Assembly: GCA_035519555.1 (NCBI GenBank)
Contig: DATIWG010000004.1
Span: forward strand, 6,037 to 70,036
Direction: 5' to 3'
Length of the DNA: 64,000 nucleotides
Source of the DNA: Nitrosotalea sp.
GTDB lineage: Bacteria; Methylomirabilota; Methylomirabilia; Rokubacteriales; CSP1-6
The notes below the pieces were generated by a model that was not told where the DNA came from, made no database searches, and worked only from the letters and a program-made list of their open reading frames with translations. The position numbers and the translations under genes were made by a program. This document shows positions 62,605-64,000 of this stretch, one piece after another. The number at the start of each line of letters is the position of its first letter. Within the stretch, counting starts at the first letter, position 1.

Positions 62605-63999
62605 TCAGCCCCTGGTCGCGGCCCGGATCGCGCGCCACACGCGCTCCGGCGTCAGCGGCATCTCCAGGTGCTCGACGCCCAGGGGGGCCAGCGCGTCGAC
62701 CGCCGCGTTGACGACCGCGCCGAGGGCCGGGGTCGTCCCGCCCTCGCCCCCGCCGCGGAGGCCGAGCGGGTTGGCGGTCGACTCGACCTCGCTGATCTCG
62801 GTGGCGAACGACGGCAGCATGTCGGCGCGGGGCATCGTGTAGTCCATGAACGTCGCGGAGCGGAGCTGGCCCGACTCCGGGTCGTAGTCGCAGAGCTCGC
62901 AGAGTGCCTGCCCCACCCCCTGCGCGATCCCGCCGTGGGTCTGGCCGTGCACGATCATGGGGTTGATGGCGCGGCCGACGTCGTCGACGGAGGTGTAGCG
63001 GACGATCTCGACGACGCCGGTCTCCGGATCCACCTCGACCTCGCACACCGCCGAGCCGTACGGGAAGGACGGCGTGCTCACCGTCTCGTCGCACTCGCCG
63101 TCGAGGGAGCCGCGCAGGGCCTCCGGCGCGTCGGGCCGGAGCGCGGCCGCCGCCACCTCGAACAGATCCACCGAGCGGTCGGTGCCGCGGACCACGAAGC
63201 GGCGATCCGTGAACGCCAGATCGGCCACCGCCGACTCGAGCCGCCAGGCGGCCAGGCGCGCGCCCTTCTCCACGAGCCGGTCCGCCGCCTTCGCCATCAC
63301 CACGCCGCCCAGGCGCATCGAGCGGCCGGAGTGCGAGCCGCCGCCCACCGCGACCAGGTCGGTGTCGCCCGCGATCAGCCGGACGCGCGCCGGCTCGACC
63401 CCGAGCCACTCGGCGATCAGCTGGGCGAAGGCGGTCTCGTGGCCCTGGCCAGCGGCGAGCGTTCCGATGACCACGTCGATCCAGCCGTCGGGCCGGGCGG
63501 TGACGTGGGCGCGCTCCCGCGGGGCGCCGGTGGCGATCTCGATGTAGTTGGCGAGGCCGATGCCGCGGTAGCGCCCGCGCCGACGGGCTTCCGCGCGGCG
63601 CGACTCGAAGCCGGCCCAGTCGGCCAGCGCGAGCGCGCGGTCCTGCGTCGCCGGATAGTCGCCGCTGTCGTAGACGATGCCGAACGGGTTCGTGAACGGC
63701 ATCGCGCCCGGCGGGACCAGGTTGCGCCGGCGCAGCGCGACCCGGTCGAAGCCGTGCCGGCGCGCGGCCAGATCGATCAGCCGCTCGATGACGAACATCA
63801 CCTGGGGCCGGCCCGCGCTGCGATAGGCCGCGAGCGGCGAGGTGTTGCTGTGCACCGCGCGCCCGCGCACCGCCGCGACGGGCAGCCGGTAGACGCTGGT
63901 GGACAGCTCGCGCCCCTTGTTGAGGGGCACGAAGGTCACCGCGTGCGCGCCCACGTTGCTCACGTTGACCCCGCGCAGCGCGAGGAAGGTGCCCTCGCC
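62605..63999 (-). CDS. Xanthine dehydrogenase/CoxL-family molybdopterin-binding large subunit, 3' part; 5' end outside window
   Basis: AYRSAGRP, GQGHET, GSHSGRS, DDVGRAINP, GQTHGG..QG.G, NPLG..GGGE. Confidence 0.9.
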   Translation of the reverse strand, partial: GEGTFLALRGVNVSNVGAHAVTFVPLNKGRELSTSVYRLPVAAVRGRAVHSNTSPLAAYRSAGRPQVMFVIERLIDLAARRHGFDRVALRRRNLVPPGAMPFTNPFGIVYDSGDYPATQDRALALADWAGFESRRAEARRRGRYRGIGLANYIEIATGAPRERAHVTARPDGWIDVVIGTLAAGQGHETAFAQLIAEWLGVEPARVRLIAGDTDLVAVGGGSHSGRSMRLGGVVMAKAADRLVEKGARLAAWRLESAVADLAFTDRRFVVRGTDRSVDLFEVAAAALRPDAPEALRGSLDGECDETVSTPSFPYGSAVCEVEVDPETGVVEIVRYTSVDDVGRAINPMIVHGQTHGGIAQGVGQALCELCDYDPESGQLRSATFMDYTMPRADMLPSFATEISEVESTANPLGLRGGGEGGTTPALGAVVNAAVDALAPLGVEHLEMPLTPERVWRAIRAATRG

Positions 64000-64000
64000 G

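Noticed and set aside
62605-63999. Calling the molybdoprotein a true CO dehydrogenase (coxL form I)
   Set aside because: The active-site loop reads AYRSAGR, not the AYxCSFR of form I; only family-level assignment is supported.

Overview
GC-rich (about 70% by eye) bacterial chromosomal segment. It is dense in peptide/branched-chain ABC and TRAP solute-binding proteins, luciferase-like (LLM) oxidoreductases, SDRs, alpha/beta hydrolases and small hypotheticals. This gene content is typical of Candidatus Rokubacteria/Methylomirabilota, but that taxon call is inference only. I see no rRNA, tRNA, CRISPR array, transposase or integrase. Main points: (1) an AhpD/CMD-family gene (39424-39993, minus) that the ORF track splits at an in-frame TGA in a C-P-F-[TGA] motif, followed by a bacterial SECIS-like hairpin, so a probable CxxU selenoprotein, lying 4 bp downstream of a DinB-like gene; (2) a coupled HEAT-repeat / HD-GYP / cysteine-less Asp-Glu-racemase-fold operon whose first two proteins appear to share an uncharacterised N-terminal domain; (3) four to five gene relics missed by the ORF track, several shrunk by internal deletion with both ends kept (pgm, an NAD-dependent dehydrogenase, a DppC permease, an enolase-family gene, possibly a MATE transporter); (4) a START-domain / membrane patatin / lipase cluster; (5) a 19-aa Lys-rich ORF in front of the ABC-F gene uup, a 16-bp perfect palindrome in frame inside uup, and a cluster of small Cys-rich ORFs. 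Product names come from motif recognition in the translations; no database searches were run.
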